The notes under the pieces were generated by a model. It searched no databases. It was not told the origin of the DNA and was given only the letters and a program-made list of their open reading frames with translations. A DNA stretch of 64,000 bases from Planctomycetota bacterium (GTDB taxonomy: Bacteria; Planctomycetota; SZUA-567; H5-PLA8), in NCBI GenBank assembly GCA_038227875.1, contig JBBRPR010000005.1, positions 171,247 to 235,246 of the forward strand, given 5' to 3'. Positions 1-9,209 of this stretch are shown here, piece after piece. A program made the position numbers and the translations under genes. Numbering within the stretch: the stretch's first letter is position 1; the number at the start of each line of letters is the position of its first letter.

Positions 1-306
1 ACCGATGCCGATGGCAAGCCGATCGATTCGCTGGCGTTCCAGAACACCAAGCACGGCTTCGCCTGGTTCTACGATCGCAACATGCCCTACGCATTGGTCG
101 AGACTCCGTACGGCGGCGTGAAGGCCACGATCAACGACGTCGAGTCGGGAACGTTCGAAGTCGAATACTGGGATACGCGCAAAGGCACGATCATCGACCG
201 CCAGACGATCACGTCAGTTGAGAACAAGACGAAGGACGGCTTTAATCTGCCCATCGCGCTGCCGCTGTTCAAGGGTGACGTCGCGGTGAAGTTCACGAAA
301 AAGTAA
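1..306 (+). CDS. C-terminal part of a protein truncated by the window edge (beta-rich tail typical of some glycoside hydrolase-like proteins)
   Basis: Frame open from base 1 (TDADGKPIDSLAF...) to TAA at 306; tail motif 'YWDTRKG...LPLFKGDVAVK'. Confidence 0.6.
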   Translation, partial: TDADGKPIDSLAFQNTKHGFAWFYDRNMPYALVETPYGGVKATINDVESGTFEVEYWDTRKGTIIDRQTITSVENKTKDGFNLPIALPLFKGDVAVKFTKK

Positions 307-309
307 CTT

Positions 310-447
310 GGTACCACAGATGCGCGAACCCTTGAGCGTAGCGAAAGGGGTCGTTCATCCGTGCGGGACGCATGGCTTTGGTGGAGCTTCTCGCACGGAT
401 GAACGAATTTCTTCGCTTCGCTCAGAAATTCGCGCATCCGGGGCACC
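310..447. repeat. ~140-bp palindromic/cruciform intergenic element, copy 1 (MITE/REPIN-like)
   Basis: Ends GGTACCACAGATGCGCG...CGCGCATCCGGGGCACC, inner GTTCATCCGTGCG...CGCACGGATGAAC; homologous to 42752-42894. Confidence 0.85.
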
Positions 448-591
448 CTGACTCAGTCGAAAGATCCTGTACGCAAATCGATCAAACTTGAACGAATGAA
501 TTCCGACGGCGGGGTAGGTTCTCTCTCACAACTGCGACGGGCAAGTGCCCGCGCGGTTTTTCTGGAGAGGCCGATCCGAGGATTCATTCGC

Positions 592-1425
592 ATGTCGAAC
601 GCAACACTGGAACTCGCTTCAACCGAATTGAGCACCGCCGAGCTGGAGGCGTTCGATGAACGCGGCTACCACATTCATGGAAAACTCTTCAGCGACGCGG
701 AAGTCGAAGCGCTGCGCGAGGCGTGCGCGAAGATCTGCGTCGGCGAGTACGAAACGGGAGCGCCGCCGGATTGCGTGAACTGGCGGCCGGGCGACGACGC
801 GCTGGCGGTCCGCAAGTTCGACAACTGCTGGAAAGCCAACCGCACCATTGCGGCGGCAGTGCTCAGTAAGAAGCTCGGCCACATCGCCGGGCAGTTGATT
901 CACGCGCCGTCGATTCGCATGTGGCACGACCAGTTTCTCCACAAGCCGCCGCACGGCGGAAAAGTGGTGACGTGGCACCAGGACTGGGCCTACTGGCAGA
1001 TGATCGCCGAATGCAAAACCGTGACGTGCTGGATCGCGCTCGACGACGTCCGCCCCGATTCCGGACCGATGATTTTCCTGGAAGGCAGCCACAAGCTCGG
1101 CCTCTTCCCCCGCCCCGCCGAGATCAGCGGCGAAGACACGCTGATGCCCAACGCCCCGGAGCTCGAACGCCTGAAAGCCGTGCCCGTGATCATCCCTGCC
1201 GGCTGCGTCTCGTTCCATCTCGGCCTGACGATGCACGCCAGCGACCGCAACTTCAGCCCCGTCCCGCGCCGCGCGATGGTTTCGCACATCATGTCCGGAG
1301 AATGCACGTACAAGTCCGGCCAAGGGCACATGAATGAGGTGTTCATGAAACGCCTGCCGGACTGCCCGCGCGAAGGCGAGCGTTTTGGCGGGCCGCAGTT
1401 TCCGCTGATGTGGGAGCGGTTCTAA
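592..1425 (+). CDS. Phytanoyl-CoA dioxygenase (PhyH) family Fe(II)/2OG oxygenase
   Basis: WHQD (HxD) motif, 'TCWIALDD', distal His 'MHAS', and 'RRA'; start chosen at ATG 592. Confidence 0.85.
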   Translation: MSNATLELASTELSTAELEAFDERGYHIHGKLFSDAEVEALREACAKICVGEYETGAPPDCVNWRPGDDALAVRKFDNCWKANRTIAAAVLSKKLGHIAGQLIHAPSIRMWHDQFLHKPPHGGKVVTWHQDWAYWQMIAECKTVTCWIALDDVRPDSGPMIFLEGSHKLGLFPRPAEISGEDTLMPNAPELERLKAVPVIIPAGCVSFHLGLTMHASDRNFSPVPRRAMVSHIMSGECTYKSGQGHMNEVFMKRLPDCPREGERFGGPQFPLMWERF

Positions 1426-1427
1426 AT

Positions 1428-1497
1428 CTCACGCAAAGCCGCGAATCCCCATTCCCGGCCGTTGCCGTTCTTTGCGTCTTTGCGGCTTTGCGCGAGA
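1428..1497. repeat. Inverted-repeat element of ~9-mer units (CGCAAAGCC/CGCAAAGAC) between convergent genes
   Basis: CTCACGCAAAGCCGC...GCGGCTTTGCGCGAG; related copy at ~55998-56060. Confidence 0.7.
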
Positions 1498-1510
1498 CAA
1501 GCAGTTGCTG

Positions 1511-2449
1511 TTAGCGCGGGACGGGCACCTTCTCCAGCACTTCCTGAATGATATTCTGCGGGCGCAGGCCGCCGTACTTGGCTTTCGTGTCGAGCATGAT
1601 GCGGTGGGCGAGGACGGGGATGGCCAGGGCTCGGACGTCTTCGGGGAGGACGTGGTCGCGGCCGGACATGCGGGCGCGCGCTTGCGACGTGCGGTAGAGG
1701 GCGAGCGATCCGCGTGGCGAAATTCCGAGTCGCAGGCGCGGATCGTTGCGCGTGGCTTCGACGAGTTTCACCATGTATTCGGCGACGGCGCGGTCGACGC
1801 GGACTTCGCGCACGGACTGCAGCATGCCGATCACTTCCTGCGTGGTGATGACCGGCCCGAGTTTCTCGAATGGATGCGAATCGTTCTGGCTGAAAAGAAT
1901 CTCGATCTCGTGAGCAAAATCCGGATAGCCCAGGCTGACGCAGAGCGTAAAGCGGTCCAGCTGCGCTTCGGGGAGCGGGTAGGTGCCGTGGAATTCGATC
2001 GAATTCTGCGTCGCGATCACGAAGAACGGTTCGGGTAGTCCGCGCCGTTTGCCTTCGATCGTCACCTGCCGTTCACTCATGACTTCCAGGAGAGCTGACT
2101 GCGTTCGCGGCGAGGTGCGGTTGATTTCGTCGGCCAGCAGCACGTTGGCGAAGACCGGCCCTTCGCGGAATTCGAAGGTGCCATCCTTCGGATTGTAGAA
2201 GCTGCTGCCGGTGATGTCCGCCGGGAGCAGATCGGGCGTGAACTGTACGCGGCGGAAGACGCCTTCAATCGATCGCGCCAGCGATTTGGCCAGCGTGGTC
2301 TTGCCGGTTCCGGGTACGTCTTCCAGCAGCGTGTGGCCGCCGGCGAGCATCGACGTGAGCACCAGCCGGATGCCGTCGCTCTTGCCGCGGATGACGGTGG
2401 TGAGATTGTCTTCGATCTTCTTCAACGTCGCGGCAAATTGCGCGCTCAT
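1511..2449 (-). CDS. moxR: MoxR family AAA+ ATPase
   Basis: LLEDVPGTGKT Walker A, RVQFTPDLLPADITG, LLADEINR, YPLPEAQLDRF, GISPRG. Confidence 0.93.
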   Translation of the reverse strand: MSAQFAATLKKIEDNLTTVIRGKSDGIRLVLTSMLAGGHTLLEDVPGTGKTTLAKSLARSIEGVFRRVQFTPDLLPADITGSSFYNPKDGTFEFREGPVFANVLLADEINRTSPRTQSALLEVMSERQVTIEGKRRGLPEPFFVIATQNSIEFHGTYPLPEAQLDRFTLCVSLGYPDFAHEIEILFSQNDSHPFEKLGPVITTQEVIGMLQSVREVRVDRAVAEYMVKLVEATRNDPRLRLGISPRGSLALYRTSQARARMSGRDHVLPEDVRALAIPVLAHRIMLDTKAKYGGLRPQNIIQEVLEKVPVPR

Positions 2450-2525
2450 CAGTCGGCCCCTGTGCCCTGCGTGTTATACGGACAAGGTGATGAGAGAGTT
2501 CTATCCGGAACGGAAGAATGGACTA

Positions 2526-2657
2526 ATGCGGATTTCGGATTGCGGATTGCGGATTAGACTGGAAGACGCCAATCGGAATCTATTGCCTGAATTGGAATCG
2601 TACGTCGTTCGAATCGCGTCCCGACCTAATCCGCAATCCGAAATCCGCAATGCCGTT
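2526..2657. repeat. Inverted pair of heptamer (GGATTGC/GGATTTC) tandem repeats
   Basis: TGCGGATTTCGGATTGCGGATTGCGGATTAG at 2527-2557 and its reverse complement CTAATCCGCAATCCGAAATCCGCAATGCC at 2626-2654. Confidence 0.85.
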
Positions 2658-3592
2658 TACGCGGTGAGCGTCGAGCTGAATTCGCCGACGAACTTCTGGC
2701 GCAGCGGAGCCTTGCCGGCGGCGTATTCGGAGGGGCTGATGCCGGTTTTCTGGCGGAAGACGCGGCTGAAGTGATGGGAGTCGGCGAAGTTGAGGCGGTT
2801 GGCGACGTCCTTGATCGCCAGGCCTTGCACGAGCAGTTTCTGCGCTTCAAACACGCGGCGTTCGCGGACGTAGGCCATCGGCGATGTGCCCACGGCGTTG
2901 CGGAAAATGTCGACCAGCCGCCGTTCGCTGCAGCGCGCGACGTTGGCCAGATCCTTGACCGACAGATCGCTCTCGAGATGCGCGACAACGTAATCCAGCA
3001 CGCACGCAATCTGTTCGGGCAGCCCTTTGCCGTACGGAACTTGAAGTGCGGAGTGGCCGCCTGGACCGATGGAATTGATGTCGGGAATTTCCTGCGCGGT
3101 TTTCAGCGCGAGCATCCGGGCAAAGCTGATGCCCAAGATCGTCAGCTGCGCGCGCGCCGCTACGATGGCGTCGACGGTTTTGCGGCCCAGTTCATACTGA
3201 ATGGCGCGGAAGTTCGCCGCCAGTTCCGGGCGGAACGGACCGCTGGCGCAGGGCGCTGATGCGCTGAGATCCAACTGCGGGCCGAGATTCCACGGCCAGG
3301 CCAGTTCACCGGAATTCGCGGGACTCGTTGTACCGAAGAAACAATAGTAGTAGCCCAGCGGACGCGACGGGTTGAGCTCCGCCGACGCAGTGCGACCCGC
3401 GGGTAGCGCAAACAGATCGCCGCGGCGCACGGGAAATTTCCATTCGCCCACCTGCCACACGCCCTGACCACTGGCCACGTAAATCAACCCCGCGTGCTGT
3501 TGAACGTCGCGCGGTGGGCGTTGCGTGGAGAGGTCGCACTGAAAATAACCCGATGTCAGTGGTTCAGTCGATTCGAAAAGCATCGTCCCCAT
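2657..3592 (-). CDS. AraC family transcriptional regulator
   Basis: N-terminal cupin-like region; C-terminal double HTH 'IKDVANRLNFADSHHFSRVFRQKTGISPSEY'. Confidence 0.92.
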   Translation of the reverse strand: MGTMLFESTEPLTSGYFQCDLSTQRPPRDVQQHAGLIYVASGQGVWQVGEWKFPVRRGDLFALPAGRTASAELNPSRPLGYYYCFFGTTSPANSGELAWPWNLGPQLDLSASAPCASGPFRPELAANFRAIQYELGRKTVDAIVAARAQLTILGISFARMLALKTAQEIPDINSIGPGGHSALQVPYGKGLPEQIACVLDYVVAHLESDLSVKDLANVARCSERRLVDIFRNAVGTSPMAYVRERRVFEAQKLLVQGLAIKDVANRLNFADSHHFSRVFRQKTGISPSEYAAGKAPLRQKFVGEFSSTLTA

Positions 3593-3911
3593 CCTTCTTT
3601 TTCCGGCCTTCAATTCCGGCCGCAACGATACCGTTTCCGATCTTAATTCCGCTGTGCTGTGGAGAGGACGGGGACAATCCCGATTTAGTGCAACAATCCG
3701 TCAACTCGCATCACATAACTGATTCACCCAATGTGCACGAAGTGAAAATGCGCGCTGTAGAGGTGTCTTATTGGGCAGCCCGGCAGTTTTTGGCTGAGTT
3801 CGAGGACTACTGATCAGTCCACTCCTTGGGGCAAATTTACCCCAAGGTCTGTTCGCCACCGAGGCTGCGGCGCTTATACTCAAGTGCGTGGTTCACGGAG
3901 GCGCCCGGCCG

Positions 3912-4835
3912 ATGCACGTCACGTTTCGCAGTCCGATTGTCATAGTGCTGACCGCCGCGGTGGCGATTGCCGCGTTTGCGGTCAGCCGGATGAAGCCGGT
4001 CACATCGCCAATCGCAACGCCGGTGGGTCCGGAAGCGGAAAGCGCCGACATGAGTCCCAAGGTTCTCGCCAAGCTGCTGGAGACCGGCGAAAACGCGGAA
4101 TGGCGTGACGACTGGAATTCGGCGGAGGAACAGTACAAGCAGGCGGTGACGCTTTTTCCGCGGCACGCCACGGCCTGGGCTCATTATGGCGAATTCCAAC
4201 GCTTCTACCGACACAACGACGATGAAGCGACGCGCGCTTTTCAACGCACCCTTGAAGCATCCATCCCCGATCCCACGTCCGCCGCTTACGCGTGGCGGGG
4301 ACTGGGTGAAATCGCTGCAAAACAAGGCGATACCGACAAAGCGCTCGAGTTGATGAACAAAAGCCTGAAGGCCGGAAAACTCTCCGACACGCATCGCTCG
4401 CTGTCGCATCTGTATGGCCGCCTGGGCATGAATGACGAAGCCGCGAAGCACGCAAAGCTCGCAGCGGAAATCGACCCCGACGACCCGATCGCGTTGCTGC
4501 TCTATGCCGCGCATCTGGAACGCTCCGGCCATCACGAGGAAGCGCAGCGGACGTTCAAGAAAGCCATTACGCTCGGCGGCTGCGATGCCGAAGGGCAACA
4601 CAACAAGCCGGTGCACTGCTGCGTCTTTTACAATTCCGCCGGCTACTACGCCGTGCGCGGCGATACGCCCGGTGCGCTGAAGATGCTCGAAGCGTTTTTC
4701 GAAACGCCCAATCATCGCCACCTGCCGCGCGAGCACATCCTCGACGATCCGGATTTCGTGGAGCTCAAGAAGGATCCGGAATTCCTCAAGCTGCTCGACC
4801 GCTATCTGCCGTCAGTCCCGGCGGCAACAAAATAG
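3912..4835 (+). CDS. Tetratricopeptide repeat protein with N-terminal signal/anchor
   Basis: Hydrophobic N-terminus, TPR-like repeats, C-terminal 'DPDFVELKKDPEFLKLL' end-of-TPR motif. Confidence 0.8.
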   Translation: MHVTFRSPIVIVLTAAVAIAAFAVSRMKPVTSPIATPVGPEAESADMSPKVLAKLLETGENAEWRDDWNSAEEQYKQAVTLFPRHATAWAHYGEFQRFYRHNDDEATRAFQRTLEASIPDPTSAAYAWRGLGEIAAKQGDTDKALELMNKSLKAGKLSDTHRSLSHLYGRLGMNDEAAKHAKLAAEIDPDDPIALLLYAAHLERSGHHEEAQRTFKKAITLGGCDAEGQHNKPVHCCVFYNSAGYYAVRGDTPGALKMLEAFFETPNHRHLPREHILDDPDFVELKKDPEFLKLLDRYLPSVPAATK

Positions 4836-4845
4836 GTTCAGCGGT

Positions 4846-5385
4846 CTACTCCTTTTTCTCCCGAATGTGGGCGATGGGCTCGCTGAGGTAAGCCCCGGAG
4901 TGCAACTCAGAGGGCGAAAAGGTCTGTTCCTTCACCACGCTGGTAATGCGAATTCCCTGGGTACCGTCGAGGACAACTCCTTTGAGTTCCACGCGGCCAA
5001 CATGCGAGCCCGTGCCGACGGAGGCGAGAATTTCTTTCAACCGGGTCGCTACCTCGCCCTCAGCGATCAATTTTTGGCCGTTGAACGTACCGTGCACAGA
5101 CCAGTGGAAATGCCCATTTCCATCGTTCACTTTGACCCGACACTTGTCCTGTTCCCATACAAAATGGCACACATAATTCTTGACGTCTTTGAACTGAGCG
5201 TCCCGTTCGCCAATGACGCCCACAAAGGTCTGTTCTTTTCCCTCGCTGGCAGCCGGGCTCGCTGCCGGCTTGGCGGACTGGGTGGCCGTAAGTGACTCGC
5301 TTTTGGTTTTGGAATCGTCGGCCGCCATCACATGGGCCGCGCTCAGCGATAGGCACATCAAACAGGCAAGACGGGAATAGATCAT
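4846..5385 (-). CDS. Hypothetical secreted protein
   Basis: GGAGG SD upstream; Sec-type signal peptide (…AHVMA/ADD); less GC-biased codon usage. Confidence 0.65.
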   Translation of the reverse strand: MIYSRLACLMCLSLSAAHVMAADDSKTKSESLTATQSAKPAASPAASEGKEQTFVGVIGERDAQFKDVKNYVCHFVWEQDKCRVKVNDGNGHFHWSVHGTFNGQKLIAEGEVATRLKEILASVGTGSHVGRVELKGVVLDGTQGIRITSVVKEQTFSPSELHSGAYLSEPIAHIREKKE

Positions 5386-5566
5386 CGGAACCTCCAGGAG
5401 TCGCCTGTGTGACGAAGGAATAGGAATTTCGTTTCAAGATATCCAGAATCAATTGTGGCGTGAGTGCATTGCACATCGCGGATTAACCGTCCGTTTCAAG
5501 CTTTCAGCGCGTCGCGATACGTGGTAGACACAACCACATCCAACATTTGAATCGGGGGAAAATCTC

Positions 5567-6535
5567 ATGCATTACACGCGTCTGGGCCGCACTGCACTCA
5601 AGGTCAGCCGTCTGTGTCTGGGCACCATGAATTTCGGCCCGCAAACCAGCGAGCCTGATAGCCACGCGATCATGGACCGCGCGCTGGAGCTGGGCATCAA
5701 CTTCTTCGACACCGCCAATGTCTACGGTGGCAAGAAGGGCGAAGGGATCACCGAACAGATTGTCGGAAACTGGTTCGCGAAAGGGGGCGGACGCCGCGAG
5801 AAGACCATCCTCGCCACGAAAGTGTACGGCGACATGGGCGACTGGCCGAATTCCTCGCGCTTGTCGGCGCTGCATATCCGCCGCGCCTGCGAGGACAGCC
5901 TGAAGCGATTGAAGACCGACTACATTGACCTCTACCAGATGCATCACATCTGGCGCGAAGCGCCGTGGGAGGAAGTGTGGCAGGCGATGAACCTGCTCGT
6001 TCAGCAGGGCAAGGTGCTCTACGTCGGCTCCTCGAATTTCGCGGGCTGGCACATCGCTCAGGCCAACGAGCAGGCCAAGAGCCGCCATTTCCTCGGGCTG
6101 GTCTCCGAGCAGAGTCTCTACAATCTGAACGCGCGCACGATTGAACTCGAAGTCATCCCCGCCTGCGAAACCTACGGCCTGGGGCTGATCCCGTGGAGCC
6201 CGCTGGCCGGCGGCCTGCTCGGCGGCGTCTTGCAGAAGGCGAAGGAAGGCCGCCGCGCCAATCCGAACATGCAGAACAACGTCGAGAAAAACCGCGTCAA
6301 GCTGGAAGCCTGGGAGAAGCTCTGCGCGGACCTCGGCCACCATCCCGCCGACGTCGGTATCGCATGGCTGCTGCACAACAAGGTCGTGACCGCCCCGATC
6401 ATCGGACCGCGCACGATGGACCAACTTAACGGCTCGATCAAGGCCGTCGAAATCAAGCTCACCGAAGAGACGCTGAAGAAGCTCGACGAAATCTTCCCCG
6501 GCCACAAACCAGCGCCGGAAGGATACGCGTGGTAA
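5567..6535 (+). CDS. Aldo/keto reductase
   Basis: LCLGTMNFG, FFDTANVYG, SLKRLKTDYIDLYQMH, WSPLAGGLL. Confidence 0.95.
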   Translation: MHYTRLGRTALKVSRLCLGTMNFGPQTSEPDSHAIMDRALELGINFFDTANVYGGKKGEGITEQIVGNWFAKGGGRREKTILATKVYGDMGDWPNSSRLSALHIRRACEDSLKRLKTDYIDLYQMHHIWREAPWEEVWQAMNLLVQQGKVLYVGSSNFAGWHIAQANEQAKSRHFLGLVSEQSLYNLNARTIELEVIPACETYGLGLIPWSPLAGGLLGGVLQKAKEGRRANPNMQNNVEKNRVKLEAWEKLCADLGHHPADVGIAWLLHNKVVTAPIIGPRTMDQLNGSIKAVEIKLTEETLKKLDEIFPGHKPAPEGYAW

Positions 6536-6547
6536 CGGGCGGACAGA

Positions 6548-6689
6548 GGGCATCGGGGATCAGGCATCGGGCATCGGTCAGTGGGCATGCCCGGCACCTA
6601 ACGCCTGTGACCCGCTGCCGTTGCGGAGTTTACTGTATGGCATGGGATCATTCGCGTCGACCGATGCCTGATGCCCGATTTCCGATCCC
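6548..6689. repeat. Inverted pair of heptamer (GGCATCG) tandem repeats
   Basis: GGCATCGGGGATCAGGCATCGGGCATCGGTC ... GACCGATGCCTGATGCCCGATTTCCGATCCC. Confidence 0.8.
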
Positions 6690-6704
6690 ATCAGTTCGGC
6701 CTCC

Positions 6705-7583
6705 ATGGATTCCCTGAAACGCGGACGACTGCTCATCCTCGCTGCTGCCGTGTGCTGGAGCGGTGGCGGGGCGGCGGTGAAACTGGCGGCGCCGCTGGAT
6801 GCGTGGCAGATCGCCTCGATCCGGTCGCTTTTTGCCGGCCTGTTTCTGGCGGTGATTTTCCAGCCGTGGCGCATGCGGGTCTGGCTGCCGGGATGGAAAG
6901 TGCTGCTGCTGGCGCTGATCAACGCCGGCATGCTCATTCTGTTCATCACCGCCAATACGCACACGACCTCCGCCAATGCCATCTTTCTGCAGGACACCGC
7001 GCCGGTGTGGGTCTCACTTTTCTCGCCGTGGCTGCTGAACGAAAAATTCCGCATGAAAGACCTGCGCAGCCTGCTGATCTGCGCGGTGGGCATGTCGCTA
7101 TTTTTTCTCGATCAACTCACGCCCGGCCAATGGATCGGAAACATTCTGGCCCTGGCTTCCGGCGTATTCTTTGCGCTGGTCCTGATCGGCCTGCGCTGGG
7201 GCCGCCGGAAATCCGCGGACGTCCCGGACGGCGATCGGCAACTCAGCGACAGCGAACAGCTTCTCCTGTGGGGAAATCTGTTCTGCTTTCTCCTCTGCAT
7301 TCCCATGATGCAAAGCGCGCCGCACGCGCTGGGCACCGTGGGCTTGCAGCCGCTGCTGATCGTTGCGGGAATGGGCGTATTTCAATTGGGACTCGGCTAC
7401 CTGTTGATGTCGAAAGGCATCGTCGAAGTTCCCGCGACGGAAGCCGGCTTGCTGGCGCTGCTGGAACCGGTGCTCAATCCCGTCTGGGCGCTGCTGTTCG
7501 CTCACGAAATGCCCGGCCGCTGGGCGCTCATTGGCGGCGCAATTATCCTCGGCGATCTCGCCTGGCAGTCGGTGGCGGGGTGA
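6705..7583 (+). CDS. EamA/DMT family transporter
   Basis: About ten hydrophobic segments in two repeats; 'LLEPVLNPVW' motif. Confidence 0.9.
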   Translation: MDSLKRGRLLILAAAVCWSGGGAAVKLAAPLDAWQIASIRSLFAGLFLAVIFQPWRMRVWLPGWKVLLLALINAGMLILFITANTHTTSANAIFLQDTAPVWVSLFSPWLLNEKFRMKDLRSLLICAVGMSLFFLDQLTPGQWIGNILALASGVFFALVLIGLRWGRRKSADVPDGDRQLSDSEQLLLWGNLFCFLLCIPMMQSAPHALGTVGLQPLLIVAGMGVFQLGLGYLLMSKGIVEVPATEAGLLALLEPVLNPVWALLFAHEMPGRWALIGGAIILGDLAWQSVAG

Positions 7584-7599
7584 CGAACGGCCGGCATCG

Positions 7600-9117
7600 T
7601 CACTTCTGCCCGGCATCGAAGAGCGCCTTCACCTCTTCGGGCGCGAGCGCGCGGTTGTAGATGCGGACTTCACCGAGGAGGCCGCGGTACCAGCCGTAAG
7701 CCGTGCCACCCAGCGATTGACCGGGATGGGTCGTCTTGCTGCCCGTGACGCCGTCCTTGGCGAAATTTCCATTAATGTAAAGCGTCGGCTTGTTGTTGTC
7801 GTAAGTCAACACGACGAGGACCCAATCCGATATGGCCACGTTGTGGACGAGGACCGAAGGCAAATAACCGTCTCCATGCTCCATGACGCTGATGCCGTTG
7901 GTGCCAATGGACAATCCCACGCCGGCGTTTTCCGGCCCCCAGTACGTGCCGCCCTGAGTTGGAAAAATGGCATACCGCTGGGATTGTATGCCTGCCGTGC
8001 CCATTGCGGATTCGGGGGTTTGGCCGCGTTCGGCGCTGGGCTTGGCCCAACACGTAATGGTGAAACTCCGGGTCACCGTGCGAAATGGCTCAGTCGGCAC
8101 GTTCACGGAATTCCCGTTGCCGTCGAACGACAATACGGACAGCGACTTGTCCGCCTGGCGTGTTGCGCCGGCGAGCGTGCCGCCGACATTGCGCCCGGAG
8201 CGGTCGGTGACGTCGTTTCCAACTTCGTCCCAGTTCCAGCTGGCGACCAATCCTTCTTTAAGGTTGTCCACCGTAACCGGCGGCGGCGGGGGCAGCGCTT
8301 TCAAGCGGGCGTCCGCATCGCGGCCGGCTTTGGTTGAGGCATTGGATGCAATGAACTTGCTGTACGCGCTGCGCAACTGGCGCGGCGAAAGCTTGTTTTC
8401 CTTTTCCTGCGCGATGAGTTCCTGAAGGTGGCTCTGCGCCAGTTCTTCGCGGATGTCGCCCGTATCGCCGGACATGAAACCCATCGGTGTATTGGGCGAC
8501 GCTGGCGGGGGGGCCGGAGCCGCGGATTTGGTATCCGCCGCAGCACCCGCGGGGGCCGGCACCGGTTCGGGCGCGCTCACGGGCTTGGGCAGTGGTGCCG
8601 GAGCCCGCGGCGAAATGGTGTCGAGACTTGCCATTTTTGTCGCGGTGTTTCGTTCCACACTGACCGCCGCGGATGTCGACGTCGAACGCATCGCGATCGT
8701 TGGCGTTTGAGATTGAGAGTGCGCGGCCGCCGATTCCCTGGTCGTGTCTGGCGCGCTCGACACTGAGGGTGTCGGTTTTTCTTTGCCTGAGAACAGCGAC
8801 GCGACGAAGACGAGCAACCCCACGGCGCCGAGTCCCGCGACCACTTTGATCGTCATGCCGGGCGGGGCAGCGGCTTCGCCGGGACGCTGGGGGGCTTTCT
8901 GCGATTTCATGCGTGTCGCCGACGTGGTCCGCGTCGGGGGCATCAGCGGATTGGAGCCCACTTTGGCCTCGGGGCTCAGCACCGGTACGTTGAGATTGGA
9001 ACCTTTCGCGCGATGCTTTGGGCAGAGCTTCAGCCGCTCGTCGCCGGGATCCAGCCCGCGCGGCAGGTCTCCGTCGGCAATACGCACACCACAGGTTTCA
9101 CAGTAATAGAGATTCAC
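7600..9117 (-). CDS. Zinc-ribbon / TM / Pro-rich linker / LamG (concanavalin-like) domain protein
   Basis: N-terminal CETC...CPKH, one TM, C-terminal 'SFTITCWAK...LYING...GEVRIYNRAL'; start approximate. Confidence 0.8.
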   Translation of the reverse strand: MNLYYCETCGVRIADGDLPRGLDPGDERLKLCPKHRAKGSNLNVPVLSPEAKVGSNPLMPPTRTTSATRMKSQKAPQRPGEAAAPPGMTIKVVAGLGAVGLLVFVASLFSGKEKPTPSVSSAPDTTRESAAAHSQSQTPTIAMRSTSTSAAVSVERNTATKMASLDTISPRAPAPLPKPVSAPEPVPAPAGAAADTKSAAPAPPPASPNTPMGFMSGDTGDIREELAQSHLQELIAQEKENKLSPRQLRSAYSKFIASNASTKAGRDADARLKALPPPPPVTVDNLKEGLVASWNWDEVGNDVTDRSGRNVGGTLAGATRQADKSLSVLSFDGNGNSVNVPTEPFRTVTRSFTITCWAKPSAERGQTPESAMGTAGIQSQRYAIFPTQGGTYWGPENAGVGLSIGTNGISVMEHGDGYLPSVLVHNVAISDWVLVVLTYDNNKPTLYINGNFAKDGVTGSKTTHPGQSLGGTAYGWYRGLLGEVRIYNRALAPEEVKALFDAGQK

Positions 9118-9209
9118 GAGCGTGATTATAACCCGATTTCGAACCGGAGTGGCAATATTCCAACGCCACAACTCAGCAGTTTGCGCAATTCGGCGCAGTG
9201 CACATGAGC

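Noticed and set aside
1511..2449. Orphan moxR (and orphan ABC permease at 38356) as novel systems
   Set aside because: Partner genes are often encoded elsewhere; nothing here supports more than gene dispersal.
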